From: Camelus dromedarius
Taxonomy: Eukaryota
Direction of reading: 5' to 3'
Assembly: GCF_036321535.1 (NCBI RefSeq)
Contig: NC_087436.1
Span: 34,040,001-34,104,000 of the forward strand
DNA: 64,000 bases
Shown in pieces: positions 38,119-50,343 of the stretch (positions within the stretch are counted from its first letter, which is position 1; every line of letters starts with the position of its first letter). Position numbers and translations under genes: made by a program. The notes below the pieces were generated by a model. That model was not told the DNA's origin. It ran no database searches and was given only the letters and a program-made list of their open reading frames with translations.

Positions 38119-38629
38119 GTTATCAGCATTGGTGAAAATCGTATTTCAGATAGAGAACTGGGGAAATGACATGTAAAATAACCAAAGAAATATATACCCA
38201 GGTAACCCAGGATATTTTTTTAATCCTTCTCAAGTGATCCACGTAGAAGCTGTTCCTGTATTTGGGGATTCTCCGCTCTGCTCTTGGCTGTGCTGTGTGA
38301 TGCTCCTTACTCTGTTGCTAGCTACCTGCTGAACGCTGTTGCTATATTCTCCTTCCTCAGGATTCTGCTTTCTTTTGGTGGGTGTCACTGGAATAATGAG
38401 TATTAGGGCACATAATTTTACGATCCTGTCTGTTTATATTCCACAATTTCACGTACAAGTACTAATACAAGGGGATATGTCTTCACTGATTGGTGTTACT
38501 AATTACTCAGAGCGGGGCCTGAGAAGTTTAAACATTGAATGCGGGTTTCCTGGCCCAGAAATTAATGGTCTGCAAGATTCTTCCTTATGCATTTTCACTA
38601 TTTCATACTATTAAAATATAATAGGAAGA

Positions 38630-39230
38630 GGGTTGTGTCTTTAACTTAAATCACTTGGGGTTATCAGATAGATAAAGAGGAGGCTAAAACAAAAACAAAA
38701 CCAAAAAAATACCCAAAGCATACATTTTATGCTCAGGCCTAATTTCCCACTGAGATGGTTGGGACACCCCTCAGTTAGAATCATAAATCAGAGAATCAGG
38801 GACCTAGGGTCAAATAGTAGATGGGTTCAGTGGGCTTTTTCAACTGGGTTTCTTGAAGGGCTCCTGAGTTAATTCTGTTAGCGTCTGATATTGTTTTCTT
38901 CAAACACAGAGTTACCGCCAATCTGGAAAAATTATTTTCCTTCCCTAGAGACTCTTATGGGGACCTCTGTCTGTGCCTCGTAGGGTGGCTTCAAAGGCAG
39001 CTGAGACTGAGAGAGAATCTTTCCTCTATAAGTATAAGAGGGGAGAGAGGCCAAAGTTTTTAACATTTGTTTTGTATGACTGCCAACAAAGGGAAAGTAT
39101 CTAACGAAGTAGATGTTTTACAAGGGGTTGTTTTCATAGAGATCCTTATTTATAACTTGTGTCTTTGCAATCAGGGGTTTATCTCTTTAAAAGAGAAACT
39201 TTCTTTGGGGGGCAACCCCACCTCCTACTT
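38630..39230. mobile_element. Probable old ERV LTR fragment (family unassigned)
   Basis: Composition and motifs resemble old ERV1 LTRs; no TSD or termini resolved. Confidence 0.3.
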
Positions 39231-40139
39231 GTACGGGTGAGATGTGGTCTTACCCTTTACTCAGTTGCTGAGTCCTCCTCACTTCCAGTGTTATCCAAAA
39301 TGTCACTTCCTCAGAGAATCCTCCTCTCTGATTTTTAAAAAAATTATTTATTCACTTAGTTTTTAAGATTATTTTTAGAGCAGATTTAGTGATCCTTTGT
39401 GTTTGTGTGAGACAGCCCCCAACTTCCGGATGGAGTCCTACTTTCTCGAGAGCCTGGTATTCATTGGTTACTTTGAAAAGACCCAACAGACACGTTTACA
39501 GTTTCCAATATCTGAGGCCAAATCACCTCTCTGTATAGGGTGTTTCCAGACTAGTCTTTACAAATGAAATGGAAACAGTGTGAGGATTTATAATTCTCCT
39601 TTGTGAGATACCTCAAACATGGGAAGTGGACATGTGAATTGATCTTCCTATTAAACCCTTATGGACTTTCCCTGTAGTCTAATTCAGTAACACATGTATT
39701 CAGTTAGCTGATCCAGCTCAATTCCCCCATCTCCCTACCCATCCCCACGCAAACCTTAATCTGCAAGGTCATCTAACTCTTAGAAATATTACTGTGAATA
39801 ATTAATTTGTCACTTGTAGGTACAATTTGCCCAGTCCTATGGAATCCTAGGAATTTTAATGTGATTTATGATCCTTGTTTATTTATAACGTTTATCAGTT
39901 TCTTCAAATATGTACTAGTAGGTACAGTGCCACACTCATTTCTCTTACTCTTTATTATTATTTTTTTAAATAGCCAAGAACCTGTAACTTGGTGACACCA
40001 TTATATAGGTAGCTTTAAGAATTACTTAGATGAAAGAGATAACTCAATTAGATCAAATTTTAGCTGAAAATGTGCTGGTGAGCTTATTTTTTTAAATTTT
40101 AAGATAGACAAAACAACAATAAAAGCATTATTTATTTTT

Positions 40140-40330
40140 CTTTTCTAGCTATTTTTATTTAAACATTAATTGACTTTTTAAAGTATAATTGTTTACATAA
40201 ACATGTACATTTCACAAGTGTCTAGATTGATGCATTTTCACAAATTGAACACACCTGTGTAACCAGCATCCCGCTCAGTAAACAGAACTGTACCTGCATC
40301 AGGAACACCTCCTGCTCATGCTTCCTTCCA
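40140..40330 (-). mobile_element. Old L1 3' end (L1ME/MC-like)
   Basis: aagtgtctagattgatgcattttcacaaattgaacacacctgtgtaaccagcatcc. Confidence 0.75.
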
Positions 40331-42634
40331 GAGGGTAGTATTTTTGAAGGAAAAAAGTCTGATATGAGAGCAAAATGTATGGGCACATGACACATCCGGG
40401 TTTTATTTATTCATCTGTAAAATGAGTGGAACAATAAATATGCTTTAAAAACTTCTTTATTAAATGTAATCATCTCTATGAAAACATGTTTTAAACCACA
40501 GCAAGCTGCACAAATGAACAGTATTATTTTAATTTTGTTACTACAAAATACCCATTGCAGAGTTCACCTTGGAAAAATGATCAGACTTGGCTCAAACCAT
40601 GAAGAAGAGGGAGTGTTGCTAGGGAATGCCAGCAGGCTGCCTTCCAACAGACCTCTTGGAGTCTCATTACCTTGGTAGATTTGCCTGGCTCCGAGTCTGG
40701 CCCCCAGCCTTTCCAGAGTCTGAAAACTAGTTGTCTATTTCTAAGGGGCCCAGTGATATTAAATAAGCTCAAGGGATTTATTTTAAAAATCAAAGCCCTG
40801 ATTTAGTAATTTACAATGAGGGGACCAGGCACTTGAGTCCTCTGGCCAGAACATTGTCTCCTTGCTGATACTCCTTTGGGGAAGCCACGCTGTATTCACT
40901 AGCTTGCTCAGTGAGCGAGGTTTCAAAATAAGAATTAGGTGACAAGAAGCTCTTCCTATACTATGTTGGTTCACTACTTTTTTAGACTGATGCAACCCTG
41001 CACTTTTACTATTCTCTTTAGACCGACTCAGCTGCCAGGCCAATGAGAAAGCACTCTGAAGCCTCCAGCTTCCAGAATGAATCATATGACCTTTTTCACC
41101 CTAGGAAAATCCTGTGTACACTGTATTATTATCACAGAGGTTGATGGGAATGAGACCCTTTGGGCTCTCAATTTAAAAAATGAGTTATAAATCCCATGTG
41201 GGCTCATCTACCCTGCAACATCTCTGACCTAATGCCCTTCCCTCCCTTCTGGCAGAGTGGGTATATGCCTAGCTGGAGCATCCAAAGACTATTGAATTTC
41301 CCTCGCTTTTCTTCTTCTTTCTGGTAATTCTGAATGTTTACTTCTGAAGTTCATCTTCTGTCTTTTGTGTAATTAGTAGCGGGAAAGTAGAAGTTCCCCG
41401 TTAGAGACATGTGAGTACCTGAGATGGAAGCTTACATTCCTGAAGGTTAATGCTGACCATCAGTCCCCTGGATAGATCCATGATTCAGAAACTTACCAGT
41501 AGAATATGACGATCACGTCTCATACCCAGCACTTACATGAGTAATGGCCACAACCTTCTCTTGCCTCTGACCTCTCCAGTTTCTGTGCTTCCCTGGTTGA
41601 GCAACCCTCGCTTTACCTACAGCCCCCAACCAAGTACCTGTTTTTTTAATAATGTGAATAATTTCAATCCAGGAGCTCTCTTGTGTACTTCTGGAAACAT
41701 TCTTACCTTTTTGTTAAAATGATTTTTTTTTTTTAATGTCTGGATTGTCTGAGCTCATAATTGACAATACCGACAATACTTCTAATCTATTCTGAGTCAA
41801 CCTCGTACTGCTAAGAACTTTGCATATTATTAATTTTATTGACATACTTTAAATATTTAAATCTGAGAGAATCATATAACTGACAATATTTAATCATCCA
41901 AGCATTTTCCTCCACTCTTGATTTTTTTTTATTTGGAAACAGAATGTTACTCTTAGAATAAATTGATAAATGTTATGTCAGCAATTTTTAAAAAGAGTCT
42001 TCTGTTGTTATAAAAACTGGCAGACACTAAACAAAGTCTCAGAATAATTGATAAGGATAACAAAAGTAAGAATTTTGACTTCCAGTCGGCAAACCACCTG
42101 TATAAACAATACTTCCAACTTCAATTTGAGTTGCTGGCTTCTGAAAGCAATTATTTAGGGCATTCAAAAGATTTCACTAACAAAAGAAATACCTACAGGC
42201 CTGAATTACAAAGGTGTTTTTTATTGTTAAAGATTAGGTTTTGAAAATAAATCTTGTTATTGGACTGTTTTTCCATCAGACCTAGAACCCTTCCATTTTA
42301 GTATATTATTAATATTTTTGTATTCAGGATATTTTCATGCTATTTTGCCTTGAAATATTCAGACATTTTTAGAGGCAAAACACAGAAAATGACTATCCAG
42401 ATGTTTCCACGCTCCAAGGTTGTCACTGCATGACCATCTAGACAGTCTCTTCTGGATTCTTAAAAAATGAGTTTGGGTTAGAGGGGTGAAAAATGTGTAC
42501 AGTGTTCTCTTTTTGCATTAATATGCATTGCATAGCCTGTTATTATAATGAATTGACTTAGAGCTCCTGACCCATATTTAAAGGGACAATAATATTTTTT
42601 GCTTTGTTTCATTTTATTGAGTTGGAATTTAAAT

Positions 42635-43553
42635 TATTTTTAAATAAACTTTTTACTTTTGGACAGTTTAGACTTACAGAAAATTGTGGGGATAGCACAG
42701 AGTTCCCATATTTCTGTACCCATTTTTCCTTATTAGTAATATCTTACATTAGCATGGTAGTTTTGTTAGAATTAAGGAGCCAATATTGCTATGTTATTCT
42801 TCATTAAAATCCATAATTTATCCAGCTTGGTTTTTATCTAATACTCTTTTCATGTTGCAGGATTCCATCTAGGAAATCCTACACACTACATTCAGTCATC
42901 ATGTACCGTTAGATTTCGCATGACTGTGATAGTTTCTTAGATGTTCGATCCTTGTCTTTGATGACCTTGACAGTTTTGCGGAGTACTGGTCAGGTATTTT
43001 GAAGAATGTCTCTCAACAAGAATTTGTCTGATTTTTTTTCTCATGGTTATACTTGGGTTATGGGATTTGAGGAGGAAGACCACAGGGTAAAGTACCATTT
43101 TCATCATATCTTATCAAGGATACATGACGTATCACTGCTAATGTTGACCTTAAGCATCTGGCTAAGGCAGTGTTTCTCAGGTTTCTCCACTGAAAAGTTA
43201 CTGCCTCCCCTCTCCCCCCGCCCCACCACCATTCCGTACTGCCTCCTTTGGAAGGAAGCTACTGTGTGCAATCCATGTGCATGGAGTGGGAAGTTATGCT
43301 TCACCTCCTTGATGGCACAATATCTACACATATGATTTGGAATTTTTCTGTATAGCAAGTTTGTCTCTTCTCCCAATTTATTTATTTATTTATTCATTCA
43401 TTCCTTCAGTCATTTCTTTATATCAGTATGGACTCGAGTGTTCATCTTATACACTGGGTTATAATCTAATACTTCACCTTGTTACTTAAATTGTTTCAGC
43501 TTTGGCCATTGGGAGCTTTTCAGTTGGCTCCTGTATCCCTTTGATATGTCTCA

Positions 43554-43598
<45 letters not shown>

Positions 43599-44675
43599 TT
43601 CAAACATTTTCAGTTTCTGGCATTACAAGAAGTTCCAGGCTAATCATGTTTATTTCCTACCCCAATCCTAAAAAAAGTTGTTCTCCAGGGAGTCTGGTTC
43701 CCTTTATTAGAAGGCAGTATTAGAAACCAGTATCTGTGGGCTAGGTGTGCACATAGCTACTGGTATGTCATTGATTCTAGGTCCTCTAAGTCAACAGTAC
43801 AAGGAAACGTATTTATGTGTGTATGCTAACCCCTGACTCTATAACCATATGTTATATGCTACCTTCTCATATTACCTTCTTAGACTAACTTTTTTCACTT
43901 AACAATATGTTTAAGATCCATCAGTTGCTTTGCATGACTCAGTGGCTCATGTTTTAATTGCTGAATATTAATTTATTGTATGGATATAACACAGTTTACC
44001 CATTCACCTATTGAAGGACACCTTGGTTGCTTCCAGTTTTTGACAGTTGAGAATAAAGCATGCAAGTTTTTGGACAGATATTTTCAAATCAGTAAGGTCA
44101 ATAATCTAGGAGTAGAGTTTCTGCATCATATGGTAAGATTATGTTTAGATTTGCAAGGAAACTGCCAGATTTACTCCCAAAGTGGCTGTAACATTTTGAA
44201 TTCGTACCAGAAATGAGTGAGAGTTTTACTGCTCTGCTTTCTTGCCAGTGATTGATATTATCAGTGTTTTGGATTTTAGCCATTCTAGTACATTTGTAAT
44301 GATATCTTGCTTTTTTAATCTGTAATTCTCTGATGACAATAATGTTGAACATCTTTTCATATGCCTATTTTCTACCTGCATATCTCCCTTGGTGAGGTAT
44401 CTGTTCAGATCTTTTGCCCACTTTTAAAAAATGGTTATGTATTTTCTTCTTGTTGATCTTAAGAATTCTTTGTATATTTTGGATACAAGTTCCCTAATAG
44501 GTAAATATTTTGCTACTATTTTCTCCTAGCCTATGGCTTGTCTTTTCATTCTCTTAGCAGTGTTTTTTGCAATGCAAAAAGTCTAATTTTCATAAAGTGT
44601 AACCTGTCTGTTTTTTTCATGAATCATACTTTTGGATCATGCTTTTTTGGTGTTTTATCTAAAAACTCATCACCA
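42635..44675 (-). mobile_element. L1 (L1MD-like) 3' UTR and ORF2 end
   Basis: ORF 44098..44352 (IVIRELQIKKARYHYKCTRMAKI...HW) is homologous to the L1 ORF2p C-terminus (IREMQIKTTMRYHLTPVRMA); 3' UTR cagtttagacttacagaaaattg...cagagttcccata. Confidence 0.88.
43556..43596. repeat. (TG)20 microsatellite
   Basis: Perfect dinucleotide run inside the L1. Confidence 0.97.
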
Positions 44676-45979
44676 GGAAAATATTTGCAATAGCTATATC
44701 AGATATATCAGATTCAAAACCAGATGTTTTGAATATTGGACACTTTGAAATAGTAGTTTTCAAGTCTCTTTTTCTTCTCTCTTTCTCTGCTCTCTTTTCT
44801 TTTTTTTTTTTTTTTTTTTTTGCTTTCTCATTCTTATTTTTCTTCTTTTCTTTCTGGCAATAAGTAAACTAGAATTTAAAAAGTGTAATTAAGATAAGCT
44901 AGTAAGTTGATGATGATGTCTTTAATTTATCCATTTTCTTCTATGGGTTTTTTACTTAAATGTTGTAAGTATTCTTTTGTGACCTAGTGATTATTTGTAT
45001 GCTAGCTTGATGATGGTAAATTGTCTATAGCAGTAATCACAGGATACTCTAGTAATGTGCCAATTAATCAAAATCAATGTTTATATAATACTATAAATTA
45101 ATTATCAATAGAACAAATATATGCTGTTTTATCAATCACTCATACTTATTCAAAGACATGTTCTCAGAAAAGATTCTCTATGAATGAACACAAAGCTAGT
45201 ATTTATCATGTTCCCTCCTCTCAGTTTTGGCTCCCAAAATCTAATTGAAAGACATATACAATGCAATTAGTGAATTAAAAAAAAACTATATTATATAGAT
45301 TATAATCAGTTATAAGACCATCATGTTGATTGTGTTCTATACGATGTGGTGATTGATAAATGTAGAGAGCAATGAGTGTTGAGTATTCGTGAATGGTTTT
45401 ATTAAGGAGGTAAGGCTTGTGCTTGCCACAGAGGATGATGAGAATTTAGACAGTCCAAGTTACAGAGGAAGGGATGCTCCAAATGATGGAAAATACAAAC
45501 AAAAACATTGGTGTGAAAATGAATATATCATACTCACTGGGCAGGTATAACAAATCTCTAATTAACCAAATGGCTTTTAAAATCAGGATGGCAAGTAGAT
45601 TAGTAGGTTAGACATTGTTTTCTAGCGGCTGTGAGTATTTTAATAGATGGTTGATGCAATAAAAGGGATTTTTAAGACACACTGTGAGTATTGAGGCCTC
45701 TGCTATGGCATGGTTAGGGCACTCAGAAACTCTCAGTGTCAGACATTCTCCTGTCCCTCATGACCAGCTAAATATAGAAATATAATCTAATTGGATCTAA
45801 CACAGGGAATTTTATGATTTTAATTTGATAGTATTTGGAAGAAAAATTCTCCCTTCAGAATAGTATGACATACAGATAGGTCATTTGAATTTCTGCAATC
45901 AATTCAGTTCCATGGAGGAGAAGGCCTGCCAATAGAGGATGATGACACCAAGAGGGTCACCAAACAACAGAGCCAGAAA

Positions 45980-46195
45980 ACTGATCAAAGGCCTACCAGG
46001 CCCCGTATGATTTGGAGCCTTGCTGCCTCCACAATATCATCTCTTGCTACTCTACCCTTGTTCCCCTAGCCATAAAACTTTTCTTTTTTTTTCCTGCTCT
46101 CAAACACATTCTCATCTTAGGGCCTTTGCACCTGCTGCTTTCTCTACTTGAAACAGTTTCACAAAATATTGTTATGTCTTTTTGCCTCACATCTT
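45980..46195 (+). mobile_element. L2 fragment
   Basis: ggcctaccaggccccgtatgatttgg...cttagggcctttgcacctgctg. Confidence 0.7.
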
Positions 46196-46199
46196 GTGT

Positions 46200-46560
46200 T
46201 CCTACCTATCTGGCAGATGATCAAGGATTAATAAATTGATCTGAGTACCATTAATATAGTCTGAGTACCCTTTAAGCTGCTGCTTTCTCACTGTGCCCAG
46301 GGTGGGTGAGTCTGCCCATGGGCCCCTCAGTGATTCTTCTCCCTACTGCAGGTTGCTAGGTTGGGGATGGTGTTCTCATTGCTTCTGTATCTCCACCTCT
46401 GCTACCCATGTGTCTGTGATCCCTCAGTGGTTTGTCATGCAGAAGCTGTTCAATCAGCTCTCAGTTCTTTCTTAGTAGGAATTGCTGTATATACAAGTGT
46501 AGATTCTGTGTGTCTGTGGGTGAAGATGAGTTCAGTGTCTTCCTACACCACCATATTTGA
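46200..46560 (-). mobile_element. L1 extreme 5' UTR fragment
   Basis: Minus strand starts aatatggtggtgtaggaagacactgaactcatcttcacccacagacac, matching an L1 5' terminus of AAGATGGCGG type. Confidence 0.75.
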
Positions 46561-47039
46561 TCCCTCTATCACAAAAACTTTGCAAAGCCCTTGTTTGGAA
46601 AATATTAAAATTCTTTTATGGTTTATCAATCTGTCAAGTGAAATTTTAATTTTTTAGTAAAAAAAAACTAGCTCATTGATGTTTTATAGATGAGTAATGT
46701 TAACTTTGTTCTAATTACTTAAATGTTTACGTAATTAAATGAACAGGGAGCCTGATAGAAAATAGATACTAATACTTGTATATAAAACTACATTAGCAAG
46801 TGCTAGAGCCACTCATTAAAATAAATTATGTTGAAGAATAGGAAGAGGAATAAAAAAGTAGACAATAAACAACAGTGATGTTTATAGTTAACAATGACTG
46901 AGAAGTGAACTTTATGTCTGGTAACACTGAAACATCAAAAAAAAATGTATATCTTCTTACTCCAAACTAGAATTATAGAAGAAACAAGGAAAGAAAATTA
47001 CACAACATCAAGAAAACTTTCCTCCAAACATTATGTGTA

Positions 47040-48362
47040 CCCCACCCAGCAGTGAGTTGGCACCAGCCCTAAGCCCCCCTGGACTTCATAGCCAGTCACA
47101 TCAGGACCTGGCCCTGCCCATCAGCAGTCGGCTGCCACCACAAGAGGCATTGTCTGGCAGTTAACCTGGCCAGGGGCCAGCCCCACCTACCAGCACACCC
47201 ACATTAGTTGGCTCCTACAGAGCAGAAGTGTCCATGAAGCCCACATAGAGAGCAACCAGAGAGCATACAGCTCTGGTGAGCAGAGTAAAGTGTACTGCTG
47301 GGCCCCACAGAATGTCTCCCACAAAAGGCCACTTCTCCAAGGTCAGGAAATAAAAATAACCAACCTACCAAATACATAGAAATAAAAACAGAGCATTAGG
47401 CAAAATGAGAAGACTAATGATCATAAAGAGGCTCAATGAATTTGGGAGAAAGATGGATGATCACAGTGAGACATTTAACTAAGAGTTAGAAAATATAAAG
47501 AAGAACCAAACAGAGCTGAAGACTACAATAACTGAAATAATGAATACACCAGAAGGAATCAACAGTAGATTACATGATTCAGAGGAACGGGTCATCAAAT
47601 TGGAAGAAAGAGTAGAGACAATCACCCAAGCTGGTCAGAAAAAAAAGATTATTAAAAAAGAATGAGAATAGTTTAAGAGACCTCTGATTAAAACATCAAA
47701 CATACTAGCATTCATATTATAGGTGTCCCAGGAAAACAGAGAGAAAGGGGCAGAGAACTTATTTGACGAAAATCTTATTTGTAGAAACAATAGCTGAAAT
47801 AACCCGGGGAAGGAAGCAGACATCCAAGTTCAAGAAGCACAGAGCGTCCCAAACAAAATGAACCCACACCAAGACACATATTTAAATGGCAAAAATTAAA
47901 GATAGAAAATCTTAAAAGCAGCAAGCAAGGGAAAAACAAAAGTTAAAAGAGCTCACCCCAACTAAACCGGCTTTACAAGAAATGTTAGAGAGATTTTAAG
48001 CAGAAAAGATAAGACGAAAACTAGAAATATGAAAATTACAAAAGGAAAAATCTTAATGGTAAAGGCAAACATACATTAACAGTAGTAGATCAACCACTTC
48101 TAAAGCTAGTAGAAAGATTAAAAGATGAAAGTAGTAAAATTATCTGTACCCACAACATGTAGTTATTAAGGGATACAGAAAACAAAGGGGTACAAAACAT
48201 CATGTCAGAAACATTAAACAAGGGAGGGAAATAAAAAAGCAGAATTGTTACAATGCATTCATCCTTAAGAGATCAACTTAAAACAATCATTCATTCGGTC
48301 ATGCATGCATTTATTTATTTATGAACCTCATGATAACCACAAAGTAAAAACCTACAATAGAT
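47040..48362 (+). mobile_element. L1 5' UTR/ORF1/inter-ORF fragment with internal deletions
   Basis: Decayed ORF1p reads ELENIKKNQTELKTTITEI...EGINSRL...IIGVP...IQVQEAQSVPNKMNP...ILKAA. Confidence 0.88.
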
Positions 48363-48363
48363 A

Positions 48364-48388
48364 ACACACACACACACACACACACACA
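48364..48388. repeat. (AC)12 microsatellite
   Basis: Read directly. Confidence 0.95.
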
Positions 48389-48869
48389 AGGTTTCTATCT
48401 TTTCATTTTTCTATATATATGTATACACACATAGAGAAATATCTGAAGCTAGGTTCACTCATAGCTAACAATGTTTATTCCAGTCTGGAAGGATTTGGAA
48501 TGATTTTTGTATCTTCTTTTTGTGATTGAAGAATTAGAAAACCATCTTGCCACCCAAGCTAATAATTCATGTATCTCTCCTCAAGATTTGTCAGGGGCTT
48601 TCCAAAACTTATCAGAATTTGCAGCTTTGGCTGTGCAACTTTAGTTTACTGTTAAAATCTAAATGTGCTCAAAGAACAATACCTTCACTACAGAAAAAGT
48701 TTGGGAGATGCTGTAGAGATGTGTGAAGTCAAGCCAGCAGAAGTGAAGGCGTGGCAGAATACACTCAGAGTTACCACCAGACCCGTCCTTCTCAGCAACA
48801 GGCGAATAAGGCAGCACAGACAGCACCCCAGCACTGAGAACAGCAAGGCTGCCAAGAAGGCTAAGGCTT

Positions 48870-48980
48870 CACCCTTTTACGAAGCTGAGGTTAGAGAAGA
48901 TGCAATGCAGGTATTGGCACTGACTTGCAAGACAGTAGCTAAGGTCTTCAGACTCAAAGTTTTGGAACCAGTTCTCCTTT
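48870..48980 (-). mobile_element. MIR fragment
   Basis: ccttttacgaagctgaggttagagaa...tgacttgcaagac...cagactcaaag; forms the end of spurious ORF 48665..48982. Confidence 0.55.
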
Positions 48981-50272
48981 AAGAAGCAGCACCACCAAGG
49001 TCACATTTGAATTTGGAAAAATAAATCTTCAGTAATCTTAGAGCAAGCCTTGGCAGCTCAAATCCACCTACGTTTAACTTCAGCAACTCTAGCATCACAG
49101 TACCCACAGGTGGGACATCCAGGGAGTCCAACCCTGTCTCCACAGGTTTTGGAACAAGAGGGCAGCTCTTCAGTTGAAGAAACCTCCAACTGGAAGTAAA
49201 ACAAGAAAAATGATAAATGTTTGAGTGGATGTGTTCAGAGAAACCATGGCAGCATTGTTCGTTCTGTGAGTCTGTTTTTCTAAAATTGATCCAGTGATTA
49301 AATTTGAACTTCAGGGGTTTTATGACATTTGGATATTTCTCCCTATTCTGAAATTTGAGCTCTTTATCATACTTGCCGTGCCGAACAACTCTTTTCTTGT
49401 GAATATAAGACCCAGTGGTGTGTGTGTTATTTTTATTTTATAAGCTATATTCTGCTTACATCTCCTACCAGCAAAGCCTATTATTTAGCCCATTGTTAAT
49501 AGCTGTGTTTTTGTTGATAAGGTTGACACTACATAAATATATGCATATTTGTTTCTCATGCAGATGATATGACCTCTGGTGTTTATAGTAGAATCAATTT
49601 GTTCTTTGATAAAGGCCTTTTGAACTACACTGAGGGGCATCTTTTATAAAGAATAAGATACACGTTTGTGCACATATATAAAGTATGAATTCATAGAAAC
49701 TCTTGCCTCAACTGTTTCCCTTTTTTAAGGGCACGCCATTTTTCAGTTTAAACTTCAATTCTTCAGTGCATGTAGAAGGATGGGTTAGAGGCATGAAGTC
49801 ATTGAAATTGGTGGCTTTAAAATTTGTCGAAACAGTTACTGGCCTAAATGTTTGGCAAACTCAACTTAATTGTCCCTAGTCTTCTCCATTTTTGTTTCCA
49901 CTTTGACCTTTGGCAGTCTGTCCAAAGGAGGAATACTGTGAGTCTTGTCAACAACCTTTTATTATCCTATATTGATCACCTTGAGGATATTTATATGAAT
50001 TGGCTTTTTTTCCACATCTACAATGAACCATCAGGACCATATTTGCACCTCAGGCAGATTGACTGAATGCAGGTGAAGGATGTACTATTACTTGAGTGAA
50101 AATTTTATGAGCTCTTCTAATGCAGAGTTAGTCCTTAAAAATCTGTTAATACTGACCCCAAATGGAATGGCTTATACACCTATTAATATCTTAGTGGTTT
50201 AATACAGAGTAGAGATGCAATATATTTAAAAAAGTACTCTTTATACCAGCTATAAATTCTTCCCAGACTTAC

Positions 50273-50343
50273 CGGCAACCAGGGAACCAGATAGTAATGT
50301 CCAAGCAGTCAGACTGCATCTGTGTCATGTGCCTGTAATAGCA
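50273..50343 (-). other. Candidate 71-nt internal exon (lncRNA or small ORF)
   Basis: Acceptor gctttccccctctccttctctttttag and donor CCG|gtaagt in repeat-free sequence. Confidence 0.4.

Noticed and set aside
48665..48982. 105-aa plus-strand ORF
   Set aside because: Non-ATG start, 3' third derived from a MIR, no recognisable homology
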